A DNA stretch of 12,801 nucleotides from a virus (taxonomy: Duplodnaviria; Heunggongvirae; Uroviricota; Caudoviricetes), in the IMG/VR virus record IMGVR_UViG_3300021254_000001. One strand, given 5' to 3'. Positions 1 to 8,012 of the stretch are shown in pieces. Under the pieces are notes generated by a model that was not told where the DNA came from, ran no database searches, and worked only from the letters and a program-made list of their open reading frames with translations. The translations under genes and the position numbers were made by a program. Each line of letters starts with the position of its first letter. Position 1 is the stretch's first letter.

Positions 1-1999
1 ATGTTTTACATTTATTTGCTTGATCTGATGATAAACCGATATATTTTAATGTTTTGTTTGATGTTATTTTTACAGCATTAATACACATTTGCATTATAAT
101 ATTTAAACTATCATCAGTTAGATTTGGGCAATCATTAAACATATTAAACATACTAGTAACCTTACTTGTATCTAATAATGGTATAGTTGTTAAATTTTTG
201 CAACCGTTAAACATTTCGCTCATACTAGTAACCTTACTTGTATTTAATAATGGTATATTTGTTAAATTTTCACAATATGCAAACATATTAAACATAGTAG
301 TCAATTTGCTTGTATTTAATTCTGGTATAGTTGTTAAATTTTTACAACCATTAAACATCATATTCATATCTGTTACACTACTTGTATCTAGTAATGGTAT
401 ATTTGTTAAATTTTCACAATATGCAAACATACTATTCATAGTGGTTACATTACTTGTATTTAATTCTGGTATAGTTGTTAAATTTTTACAACTGCTAAAC
501 ATATCAGACATATTAGTAGTACTGCTTGTATCTAGTAATGGTATTGTGGTTAAATTTTCACACCTATGAAACATGCCCGACATATTAGGCACTTTACTTG
601 TATTTAATTCTGGTATAGTTGTTAAATTTTTACAACCATTAAACATCCAGTTCATATTAGTCGCACTGTTTGTATCTAGTAATGGTATTGTGGTTAAATT
701 TTCACAACCGTAAAACATTTTTTCCATATAAATAGCCTTACTTGTATCCAGTAATGGTATAGTTGTTAAATTTTTACAACCGTTAAACATTTGACCCATA
801 TTAGTCGCACTGCTTGTATCTAGTAATGGTATTGTGGCTAAATTAGTACAGTTTAAAAACATTTGGGCCATATTAGTAGCATCACCCGTATCTAGTAATG
901 GTATAGTTATTAGATTTGTGCAACCGTTAAACATTTGACCCATATTAGTCGCACTGCTTGTATCTAGTAATGGTATTGTGGTTAAATTTTCACAACCGTA
1001 AAACATATTCTGCATATTAGTAACATCACTCGTATCTAGTAATGGTGTTCCGTCTCTTTTAACTGGTATAAAATATATATTTTTATTTATAGTTTTATCA
1101 GTATCTGTTAGTATTCTAGGCTCCATATTTTCATATTGATTTTGAATTTCATATACTGCTTTTGCAGTAGTATCAGCAAATGAATTGTCAGGTGTACCTA
1201 ATGTGCCACTTTCAACACCATTTTTGCCATAAAATAATAATTGCTTATAAACATAGCCAGATGTTGCTGTTAACTGAGTAGGTGCTAATTTCCAACTATT
1301 ATTTTTATACGCATATATACCTTCAAACACACTTTCACCTATTTGCATAAAGTTTCCAATTACATTATTAAATTCTTCATAAGGTTCCCATTTTATGGTT
1401 GTTCCAAATTCTTGTAGTTCTTCTCCACCATCAGTTCTTGTATACGTTATTCCATCTTGTGAAGTATATTCTACTCTTACTTGACTATTTTCACTCCAAC
1501 CATTAAATCTAAATCTTGATGATGACATTTCTACCATACCATCAAACATTACACTGTGGTCTACTGCTCTAAATCCACCGTAAATATTACCAGTAAATGC
1601 TTCTTTTAATACTACTGTATTTGGAAATGTACAACTATCAAATTCACTTTCTTCTGTTACTGGTTGTATTTCTTCTCTATATACTACAGCCAAGTCCCCT
1701 TCTTTACTTCCTGTACTGCTGTTCATTTCTTCTTTTGTCTTAAATAACTTTATAGGTACATCTCCAGTTTGTGGTACATTTACAACTACTGTACCTAAGC
1801 CTGTATAGCCTTCATCAGCTGTATAAGTACCATTTTTAGTTATATCTTTATCTTGATTGTTTATTTTTGTTCCTGTTTCAATACTTTTTATTTCTGTATC
1901 AAAATTTTCAGCAGGTATTTGGTCTTGCGTACCTTTTTTCTCTCTTATTGCATCTGCTACATCTGTTAAAAAACTACTTAAATTGCTTATATTTGCCAT
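1..1999 (-). CDS. DUF285/BspA-like leucine-rich-repeat protein, probably a virion fibre/adhesin (partial, 3' end off-window, >=666 aa)
   Basis: Translated by hand: ATG at 1999 behind GGAAAGGAGAATTAAA, open with no stop to the window edge. N-terminus MANISNLSSFLTDVADAIREKKGTQDQIPAENFDTEIKSI; C-terminal half has 13 repeats of TTIPLLDTSxxTNMxxMFxxCxNL. Absent from the ORF track because the stop is off-window. Confidence 0.88.
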   Translation of the reverse strand, partial: MANISNLSSFLTDVADAIREKKGTQDQIPAENFDTEIKSIETGTKINNQDKDITKNGTYTADEGYTGLGTVVVNVPQTGDVPIKLFKTKEEMNSSTGSKEGDLAVVYREEIQPVTEESEFDSCTFPNTVVLKEAFTGNIYGGFRAVDHSVMFDGMVEMSSSRFRFNGWSENSQVRVEYTSQDGITYTRTDGGEELQEFGTTIKWEPYEEFNNVIGNFMQIGESVFEGIYAYKNNSWKLAPTQLTATSGYVYKQLLFYGKNGVESGTLGTPDNSFADTTAKAVYEIQNQYENMEPRILTDTDKTINKNIYFIPVKRDGTPLLDTSDVTNMQNMFYGCENLTTIPLLDTSSATNMGQMFNGCTNLITIPLLDTGDATNMAQMFLNCTNLATIPLLDTSSATNMGQMFNGCKNLTTIPLLDTSKAIYMEKMFYGCENLTTIPLLDTNSATNMNWMFNGCKNLTTIPELNTSKVPNMSGMFHRCENLTTIPLLDTSSTTNMSDMFSSCKNLTTIPELNTSNVTTMNSMFAYCENLTNIPLLDTSSVTDMNMMFNGCKNLTTIPELNTSKLTTMFNMFAYCENLTNIPLLNTSKVTSMSEMFNGCKNLTTIPLLDTSKVTSMFNMFNDCPNLTDDSLNIIMQMCINAVKITSNKTLKYIGLSSDQANKCKT
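119..1054 (-). repeat. 13 tandem 72-bp (24-aa) LRR-coding repeats
   Basis: The T(C/T)(T/C)A(A/G)T(AA/TC)TGGT motif recurs at 171, 243, 315 ... 1035 (period 72). 777-837 is identical to 921-981 (61 bp) and 309-359 is identical to 597-647 (51 bp). Confidence 0.95.
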
Positions 2000-2014
2000 T
2001 TTAATTCTCCTTTC

Positions 2015-2956
2015 CTAAAAACTTTTATTTAACACTTCTGTAATATTTGTTGCAATACTATCGTCAACATATTTTTTTGTCGCAGGATGGTATGGTTGTG
2101 TAGGATCAAATGGATTAGTATATGGCACTGTAGGGTCAATAAAATGTAATATTTCGTTATTAGAATAATCTGATGTAACTTTAGTTATTATACCATCACT
2201 CACTGTTATATTAACAGTTAATGTTGACGCCATACTGACACTGTAACCATACGATGGTTGTCTATTTTCATACTGATGTTTTAACATATTAAATGTTAAA
2301 GAACCCTTTAATTTATGTGTTTTTGAAAAATATATGCTATCACCAGTACTAGAACCACTAGCTATAATTATACAAGGTTTATCACTATTAGTATCTATAA
2401 TGGCTTGCAATTCTGCTATTGCATCTGCCGGCCAATTATAATTTCTACCCGCTGGATTTTTAGTTAAGTAATATACCTCCGGTACTACATTTCCAAATAA
2501 CGTATCAGCGTAAGCTTTTGCAGAATTTAATGTTAATACTCCAGAAGCTTCAATTGCGTTCATCATTTCTTTAGTAGTTGAATAATCTGACAAATTAAAC
2601 TCAACCATACCTATTGGGTCCCATTTCTCTCCAGTCCAATGATATTCTACAAAACCACCTTTTTTGTCAGATACTAAATAAATTTTTTGAATATTACCAT
2701 CAGAAGGTAATTCATCTACCACCACATAAATAGAAGTGTCTACCATACTAGCAATTATTTCATTCAATGTTGAATAAGTACCATCTGGATTTAACCATTT
2801 ATTAGGTAATGCTTGCTTTGAATCCCAACTATTATCAGGATTTACTATTGTATTTCCTTGTATATCAGTAACAGAACCATCTGCTTGCAACAATTTATTA
2901 GGTAGTCCTTTTTTGCTATCTAATATATAAGTTGCGTCATTTTTATTTTTAGCCAT
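2015..2956 (-). CDS. Phage structural/fibre-like protein (313 aa)
   Basis: Motifs often seen in phage tail/head-fibre proteins (YVVVDELPSDG...KIYLV...YHW...KWDPIG...NLSDY; ATKKYVDD) and an internal repeat, GLPNKLLQADGS / ALPNKWLNPDGT. Sits immediately upstream of the LRR gene. Confidence 0.55.
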   Translation of the reverse strand: MAKNKNDATYILDSKKGLPNKLLQADGSVTDIQGNTIVNPDNSWDSKQALPNKWLNPDGTYSTLNEIIASMVDTSIYVVVDELPSDGNIQKIYLVSDKKGGFVEYHWTGEKWDPIGMVEFNLSDYSTTKEMMNAIEASGVLTLNSAKAYADTLFGNVVPEVYYLTKNPAGRNYNWPADAIAELQAIIDTNSDKPCIIIASGSSTGDSIYFSKTHKLKGSLTFNMLKHQYENRQPSYGYSVSMASTLTVNITVSDGIITKVTSDYSNNEILHFIDPTVPYTNPFDPTQPYHPATKKYVDDSIATNITEVLNKSF

Positions 2957-3323
2957 TTACATTTTCTCCTTTCTTAATATTATTTATTTCTTTTTGAAGG
3001 CGTTGATTTTCATCTTCTAATTTTTTATTTTCTTCTTCTAATTCACTTATGTTTAATTTTAATTTTTGGGTCTCTTTTTCTAGGTTTAATTTTTCTGATT
3101 TTAATTTATAGTTTTCTTGTTCAAGATTTGCTACACGTGCTTCGAGTTTAGACATTCTTTCATTCATTCTTTGGTCTATCTCTAGTAAACTTTTTATATT
3201 TGTACTAGTAGCTTCAGCATTGACTTTTCTTTTTTCTGTCAATGACTTCACAATCGCTCCTATGACGCCTCCACCAAGTAATGAACCTATTGTCGTAGCG
3301 ATAACTCCCCAGTCTATTCTCAT
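2949..3323 (-). CDS. N-terminal transmembrane + coiled-coil phage protein (holin-like/lysis-accessory type, 124 aa)
   Basis: Hydrophobic WGVIATTIGSLLGGGVIGAIV followed by a heptad-rich charged helix; GGAGG RBS; the stop overlaps the next ATG. Confidence 0.55.
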   Translation of the reverse strand: MRIDWGVIATTIGSLLGGGVIGAIVKSLTEKRKVNAEATSTNIKSLLEIDQRMNERMSKLEARVANLEQENYKLKSEKLNLEKETQKLKLNISELEEENKKLEDENQRLQKEINNIKKGENVNG

Positions 3324-3343
3324 ATTTTCACCTCCTTGGTATA

Positions 3344-3763
3344 TTAAATTATATAGCGTCTGTTAGTGATTTGTTGGTGCATTAACTTAACCCAATCATT
3401 ATAGACGTTTTGTTGACCTAACTCTGATTGAGAGCCTAATCCTTCGGCTCCCCTATTCAAATATGCTACGCAAGAACACTTAACAATTACGGGCCAGCAA
3501 TCATTCATTACTTCAGTTAATTGTTCTTCCTTAAATCTATTTGTCCATTGAGCCGCTTCTCTGATTACCATAGCACATATATCTTCTAAATCAGTAGGTA
3601 TTTCTTTTGTATTCAATTCTCCAGTTTCTTTATTTACCGTTGTGATTTTGTCTAATTCAGCCTCAGTAATCTCAGCTATTTCTGACTCACGATAGTTTTT
3701 ACCTAGCATAAGTTTTGTTTTTTCCACTATTTTTTCAAATGTCATATCTGGTATTTCTGCCAT
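3344..3763 (-). CDS. Head-tail connector protein (SPP1 gp15 / HK97 gp6-like)
   Basis: C-terminal YLNRGAEGLGSQSELGQQNVY matches the recognised NRxGxEGxxSxSxxG motif; 139 aa; AAGGAGG RBS. Confidence 0.75.
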   Translation of the reverse strand: MAEIPDMTFEKIVEKTKLMLGKNYRESEIAEITEAELDKITTVNKETGELNTKEIPTDLEDICAMVIREAAQWTNRFKEEQLTEVMNDCWPVIVKCSCVAYLNRGAEGLGSQSELGQQNVYNDWVKLMHQQITNRRYII

Positions 3764-3780
3764 TTGCTAGCCTCCTTCTT

Positions 3781-3822
3781 AAAAAATATAGACCGGTCAA
3801 AATCTATTTTTCAACCAGTCTA
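3781..3822 (-). terminator. Intrinsic terminator/attenuator-like hairpin just upstream of the head-tail connector RBS
   Basis: Minus-strand UAGACUGGUU...GACCGGUCUA forms a 10-bp stem with two G-U pairs, followed by UAUUUUUU. Confidence 0.45.
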
Positions 3823-3862
3823 CTAACCATATTACTTGTTCATATGATTTCTACCTATGAAC

Positions 3863-3902
3863 AGTATAATATATTTCTTGTCTAATTACAAGTGGAGTAC
3901 AA
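3863..3902 (-). promoter_or_regulatory. Internal late-arm promoter (TTGTAA-17-TATACT) with a conserved upstream motif
   Basis: -35 at 3891-3886, -10 at 3868-3863, 17-nt spacer. Shares TTGTACTCCACTTG(T/C)AA with the portal promoter. Confidence 0.7.
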
Positions 3903-3905
3903 GTT

Positions 3906-4355
3906 TTATTTTCCTGTACTACCAAGCCCTCCAACTCTTATAGCCGTAGGATTAGAAGAATAATCATTTTCAACTTTAATAAATTTTTGTATAATTCCTT
4001 GACCAATTTTGTCACCTTTTTTAATAAAACTTCCTGTTTCGTTTAATGAACTAAACGCAAAGCATATTTCTCCGTCATTATCTGGATTGCCATAATAATC
4101 ACTATCCACTATACCCACACCATTCATCAAAATTAACTCTTTCTTCTTAGGGTTAGACGAACGATTACATAACATTAAAAATTCATCTTCTGCCAACTTT
4201 ACTTTTACACCAGTTTTAACGTACGTAATTGCACCTTTACCAGGTACTAATATATCTTCTATTGCATAAAAATCATATCCAGCACTGAATTTCGTACTTC
4301 TTTCTGGTAATTTAATATCTTCATTTATTCTATTTACTTTTTCAAATTTCGCCAT
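3906..4355 (-). CDS. dut: Trimeric dUTPase
   Basis: All five conserved motifs are visible: AGYDF, RSS, GIVDSDYYG, DKIGQG, RVGGLGSTG. Confidence 0.96.
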   Translation of the reverse strand: MAKFEKVNRINEDIKLPERSTKFSAGYDFYAIEDILVPGKGAITYVKTGVKVKLAEDEFLMLCNRSSNPKKKELILMNGVGIVDSDYYGNPDNDGEICFAFSSLNETGSFIKKGDKIGQGIIQKFIKVENDYSSNPTAIRVGGLGSTGK

Positions 4356-4884
4356 TATTTTGCCTCTCCTTTAATAATTTTACACCACTATTAAATAAAT
4401 CATTGTATGTTTCATTTTTTTCTTGAGCAATTTCTTCAGTATATTTAGTTAAATCTATTATTTTTTCATTTTTTAATTCCTGTACTATCATATGTCTAGT
4501 CTCGTGTTTAACTATTTCATATAGCACATTCATATGATACAAATTAGCCGATATATCTATATAATAACAATTATTCCATTCGTGAAACGTGCCTAATAAA
4601 ACAGTTTCTGGGTCCGACTTACACACCTTGAAACTATCCTCGTGCTGATACTTCACGAAGCGATAACTTATAGGTTTACTTATAGTTATTCCTAAACTTT
4701 TTACGTAGCTCTCTGACATTTCCTTAATAGAAGTCTCGTCTATACTTTGTACTTTCATATAAATACTCATAATTGGGTCTATTATATAAGTCACGACTAT
4801 TGAAAAAACTAATACCAATAAGAGTATACTTGCTATCCAAAACATAGTTTGTCCTCCTAAAAACCATTGCCATTTAATTTTCAT
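4342..4884 (-). CDS. Membrane-anchored protein with HExxH (zincin-like) motif (180 aa)
   Basis: Start moved from 4905 to ATG 4884, which follows GGAGGAGTAAA. N-terminal TM helix FWIASILLLVLVFSIVVTYII; IVKHETRH motif followed by downstream EE. Confidence 0.55.
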   Translation of the reverse strand: MKIKWQWFLGGQTMFWIASILLLVLVFSIVVTYIIDPIMSIYMKVQSIDETSIKEMSESYVKSLGITISKPISYRFVKYQHEDSFKVCKSDPETVLLGTFHEWNNCYYIDISANLYHMNVLYEIVKHETRHMIVQELKNEKIIDLTKYTEEIAQEKNETYNDLFNSGVKLLKERQNNGEI

Positions 4885-4885
4885 T

Positions 4886-5161
4886 TTACTCCTCCAATGG
4901 TTCACTCATAATTTCAAATGCGTCCATATCAACTATAGATAACTCATTATTTTTACATACTAGCATTTGATTTTTTGTGAATCTATCACAACCCCCAATA
5001 ATATAGCAATCATCAGTTTCGTGTGTAATAGGTACACCTTTATATTCAAATGACCAAGGCATATTATTATAAATATTATCGGTTTGAGTTAATCCATATT
5101 GAATTAAATCGTCGAATGTGATTGCTTCTACTATCATAGGTTTTAGTTTAAACTTAGCCAT
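4886..5161 (-). CDS. Small conserved phage protein (KxKPxxVEAI...family, PGDYG-like)
   Basis: MAKFKLKPMIVEAITF...MPWSFEYKGVPITHETDDCYII...AFEIMSEPLEE resembles a widespread phage hypothetical family; GGAGG RBS. Confidence 0.55.
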   Translation of the reverse strand: MAKFKLKPMIVEAITFDDLIQYGLTQTDNIYNNMPWSFEYKGVPITHETDDCYIIGGCDRFTKNQMLVCKNNELSIVDMDAFEIMSEPLEE

Positions 5162-5181
5162 ATCTAATCCTCCTATTTATA

Positions 5182-5217
5182 TAAAAATAAAATATAAAGG
5201 CGGGGTCTCCGCCTTTA
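5182..5217 (-). terminator. Rho-independent terminator after the endolysin
   Basis: Perfect 9-bp stem TAAAGGCGG/CCGCCTTTA (5195-5217), followed on the minus strand by TATTTTATTTTT, immediately after the lysin stop. Confidence 0.85.
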
Positions 5218-5219
5218 GA

Positions 5220-6287
5220 CTAAACCTTTTGGCAGTCTCTTATATTAACAGCTGATGTAACTGCTGTCCCCTTACCAATAACAACTCTATCACCTGAAAT
5301 CTCAATTACGTCAAACACATCATTATGTGTCCAAGCCGCTAATTTCATTCCAGAATATGAACGTGTTCCTGTAAATCTAACACGTGAACCTTTTTTAATA
5401 GTTTTAGCTGGTTCTGGAGCTGTATATTTTTGTATGTCCTTCTCATTCATCCAACCTAAGTCACCTGTGGTGTTGTATGGGTGAGAAGCGCCTGCTACAT
5501 ATCTAGTTATATTTGTTACCTTTGACTTAACTGTACCTGCTGGAGCTGTAGCTGTTGAGCTACTGTATAAATTACCACTAATTTTTACTTTTTCTCCAAT
5601 TGAAAATTTTTGTGTTGGTGCAGAAGCAGGCTCTGGTTTTGGTTCTGGAGCAGATTTTCCTGGGTTAGGAAATGTTGTATAAGCATAATTTGTGTCTAAC
5701 CTTCCGTTATGTCCCTTGAAATATCCGTCTGAAGTGAATTGCCATATTGACCAACCTGTTTGTTCATCTGGAGATACATTCAAACCTCTTTGCTTTCCAC
5801 CAGAAGTAGGCCACATTGCTATCCATTTATCAAAACGAGATAATCTATCGCCTGCTAATTGATTTCTAAACCAAGATAGTGAAGCATATATACCAGAATA
5901 ATATCCAGCATTTTCAACCTTTTCACAGAATGCGTAACACATATCTCTTAAAGTGCTGTTGGAAGGCATACCATTTCTCTTTTTATAGCCGTCCGCGTCT
6001 TCCATATCAAACCAGCAACCCATTGTAGGATTATAAGGAGCGATAGCGTTCAAGAAATGATCTGCTTCAGTTTGAGCGCCTGATACATTTAGCGCATATG
6101 AATACCAATAGAAACCATAAGGAAGTCCTAATTGTTCACACAATTTGACATTTCTTTTGAATTTTGAATCTATACTACCAGATACACCATATCCAACACG
6201 TATGATTACAAAATCAATCTGATTTCTCAAAGCTTCAAGGTCTATATTCCCTTGATGGGTCGATATATCAATACCTCTTTTAGCCAT
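5220..6287 (-). CDS. Endolysin: GH25 muramidase + Pro-rich linker + two SH3-like cell-wall-binding modules
   Basis: GIDISTHQG, FVIIRVGYG, YWYSYA, FDMED (DxE) and WQFTS are GH25 hallmarks; PEPKPEP linker; two KVKI/RVRF beta-rich C-terminal modules. Confidence 0.92.
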   Translation of the reverse strand: MAKRGIDISTHQGNIDLEALRNQIDFVIIRVGYGVSGSIDSKFKRNVKLCEQLGLPYGFYWYSYALNVSGAQTEADHFLNAIAPYNPTMGCWFDMEDADGYKKRNGMPSNSTLRDMCYAFCEKVENAGYYSGIYASLSWFRNQLAGDRLSRFDKWIAMWPTSGGKQRGLNVSPDEQTGWSIWQFTSDGYFKGHNGRLDTNYAYTTFPNPGKSAPEPKPEPASAPTQKFSIGEKVKISGNLYSSSTATAPAGTVKSKVTNITRYVAGASHPYNTTGDLGWMNEKDIQKYTAPEPAKTIKKGSRVRFTGTRSYSGMKLAAWTHNDVFDVIEISGDRVVIGKGTAVTSAVNIRDCQKV

Positions 6288-6396
6288 TCTTTTGCACCTC
6301 CTCCTCTTTAGGGACTATTTCATTAGCCTCGTAATCCCTTTTCAACTCAGCGTCACCTTGTTTCGTTTCTTCTTTTTTGTTATTTCTTATTTTCAC
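6280..6396 (-). CDS. Unannotated 38-aa charged micro-ORF between holin and endolysin
   Basis: GTG at 6396, 8 nt after GGAGG; MKIRNNKKEETKQGDAELKRDYEANEIVPKEEEVQKNG*. Fills the whole gap, and its TAA overlaps the lysin ATG (ATGGCTAA). Confidence 0.55.
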   Translation of the reverse strand: MKIRNNKKEETKQGDAELKRDYEANEIVPKEEEVQKNG

Positions 6397-6700
6397 TGTG
6401 TTTTCCTCCTTCCAACATAGTCTTTATATTTGTTGCTACCGGAGAAGCCATTTCATATATACCAATCGCACTTGCTAGTAATATGAATATATTAAATATG
6501 CCAGAAGTAATACCTGCAAAATCAAATTGTTGTAAATAAATAATACGTAATATTCCTACTATAATTGAAAATCCTAGGGCAAGCCATTTTGTGTCTATTT
6601 TTTCAGGTAAATAGCGTTTGAATACTTGTGTAAGTAATGTAATTATTAGAGAGCAACCTGCCATTGTACCTAAAATTTCAATACTAACAAAATCATTCAT
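6380..6700 (-). CDS. Holin (three predicted TM segments, 106 aa)
   Basis: Three hydrophobic stretches, a charged C-terminus and a position upstream of the endolysin; GGAGG RBS. Confidence 0.8.
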   Translation of the reverse strand: MNDFVSIEILGTMAGCSLIITLLTQVFKRYLPEKIDTKWLALGFSIIVGILRIIYLQQFDFAGITSGIFNIFILLASAIGIYEMASPVATNIKTMLEGGKHSENKK

Positions 6701-6733
6701 ATTTTTTACCTCCTATTTTAATATTTTATCTTA

Positions 6734-7075
6734 CTAAAATTGTTTACGATTTATCATATCGTGCGCACGCTCGTCAGGACTGATTATAAGAGCTTCTGGA
6801 AGTCTCAATGATAAATTTAACCTTCTTAAAGAATAAACGCCTGATTTTGCGTCGTAGGCTTCTACAGTGTATGTATATTTTTTATATTGTGGGAATAATT
6901 TAAAACCATTTAAGTCTGCGTCAGCGTCTTTTGACACATACACAATACTTCCTATTTCATATTTACCTGTTTTTTCTTTCTTTTCTTCCTTTGCAGGAGT
7001 TATTTCTTTTTTTATTTCCTCTTTGACTTCTTCAACTGGAGTTATTTCTTCTTTTTTAGTTACTTTTTTAGCCAT
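6734..7075 (-). CDS. Hypothetical protein, K/E-rich N-terminus + SH3/KOW-like C-terminal domain (113 aa)
   Basis: Start moved from 7198 to ATG 7075, which follows AAAGGAGACAAAGAA and overlaps the zinc-ribbon stop. KYEIGSIVYV...YTVEAYD...YSL pattern. Confidence 0.55.
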   Translation of the reverse strand: MAKKVTKKEEITPVEEVKEEIKKEITPAKEEKKEKTGKYEIGSIVYVSKDADADLNGFKLFPQYKKYTYTVEAYDAKSGVYSLRRLNLSLRLPEALIISPDERAHDMINRKQF

Positions 7076-7253
7076 TTCTTTGTCTCCTTTCTCTATTATA
7101 TTGTTCGTTTTTGCGTCTATTTCTGCAATAACGACATCTTTTTGGTGGTGTGAAGCCTTTATCTTCATACCATTTTTGCTCTGCGATATTAAAAACAAAT
7201 TCTGTTCCGCAGTCTTGACATTTAATTTTTATGTCCTGGTAGTTATTTGACAT
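7068..7253 (-). CDS. Stand-alone zinc-ribbon protein (zf-trcl/PF13451-like, 61 aa)
   Basis: IKCQDCGTEFVF...EQKWYEDKGFTPPKRCRYCR: two CxxC pairs with the family's EQxxYxxKGF..PKRC signature; AAAGGAGG RBS. Confidence 0.8.
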   Translation of the reverse strand: MSNNYQDIKIKCQDCGTEFVFNIAEQKWYEDKGFTPPKRCRYCRNRRKNEQYNRERRQRNG

Positions 7254-7268
7254 TGGGGTTCCTCCTTT

Positions 7269-7943
7269 TTATTTTTTACTCGTAAAGTTAAAATTAAACT
7301 CTGGCTCGTTATTTTTCTTTTTCTTATCGCCTAACAATACGTCTGGGTGATCTTTTAATAGTGTTTGTACTCTAGCATTTGTAGCTTCAAGGAATACTTG
7401 ATTTCTTTTATCTACGTAATCTTCAATTTCTTCATCTGTACTCACGTCTTCAGCACGAAGAAGTTGCAATAAACGTGGATCATAACCTTTATCTGCAACG
7501 ATTGTAGCGATTTTATCCCTACGTCTGATCAAAGAAAGCTCTTTTTCATACTCTGCTATTTTAAGCTCTTGGTTATCTATTTGTTTTTTATACCTTTCTT
7601 CCATTGACATTTTAGCCATTTCTTCTGCTTCTTTTTTCTTAGCTTCAATTTCTTCTAAGATATTTTGTCTCATTTTTTCTTTTTCTGTGTTAATACTAGC
7701 TTGTAGAGCGCTTTCTCTCTTAGAATACTCTTGTTCTTTGTTTGTAAGGGCTTTATTTATAGCCTTTTCTAATTTTTTGTCAAATTCAGCTTGAAGTTTA
7801 GGGTCTTGTAAGAGAACGTCTAAGTTTTGTGTGTCACTCTCTTGTGGTTTAGCCACCTTATTGTTTGTGATTTGTTGATTTGTTGCTGTGTTATCAGCAT
7901 TTGCTACCATATCTTGGATAGCGTCTTGATTTTGTTCGTCCAT
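7269..7943 (-). CDS. Capsid scaffolding protein (DUF4355-like)
   Basis: Acidic N-terminus, long coiled coil with EAEEMAKMSMEER, aromatic C-terminal EFNFNF; directly downstream of the portal. Confidence 0.75.
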   Translation of the reverse strand: MDEQNQDAIQDMVANADNTATNQQITNNKVAKPQESDTQNLDVLLQDPKLQAEFDKKLEKAINKALTNKEQEYSKRESALQASINTEKEKMRQNILEEIEAKKKEAEEMAKMSMEERYKKQIDNQELKIAEYEKELSLIRRRDKIATIVADKGYDPRLLQLLRAEDVSTDEEIEDYVDKRNQVFLEATNARVQTLLKDHPDVLLGDKKKKNNEPEFNFNFTSKK

Positions 7944-8012
7944 ATTTAATCCTCCTATTATTTATATATGAAACAGATTTATGGGAGCGAGCGATTTGGT
8001 GATATGAATGGT

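Noticed and set aside
54-569. 171-aa plus-strand ORF
   Set aside because: Antisense shadow of the LRR repeats; no RBS, and the periodic hydrophobic sequence is explained by the opposite frame.
119-1054. Diversity-generating retroelement or CRISPR interpretation of the 72-bp repeats
   Set aside because: The repeats are in-frame coding units. No separate template repeat, reverse transcriptase or cas gene is in the window, and the variation is not visibly adenine-restricted.
7076-7198. N-terminal extension of the 154-aa ORF
   Set aside because: It overlaps the zinc-ribbon gene entirely, and a better RBS and coupled start exist at 7075.
6867-7250. 127-aa plus-strand ORF
   Set aside because: Antisense to two well-supported minus-strand genes; the F/S-rich composition mirrors K/E codons.
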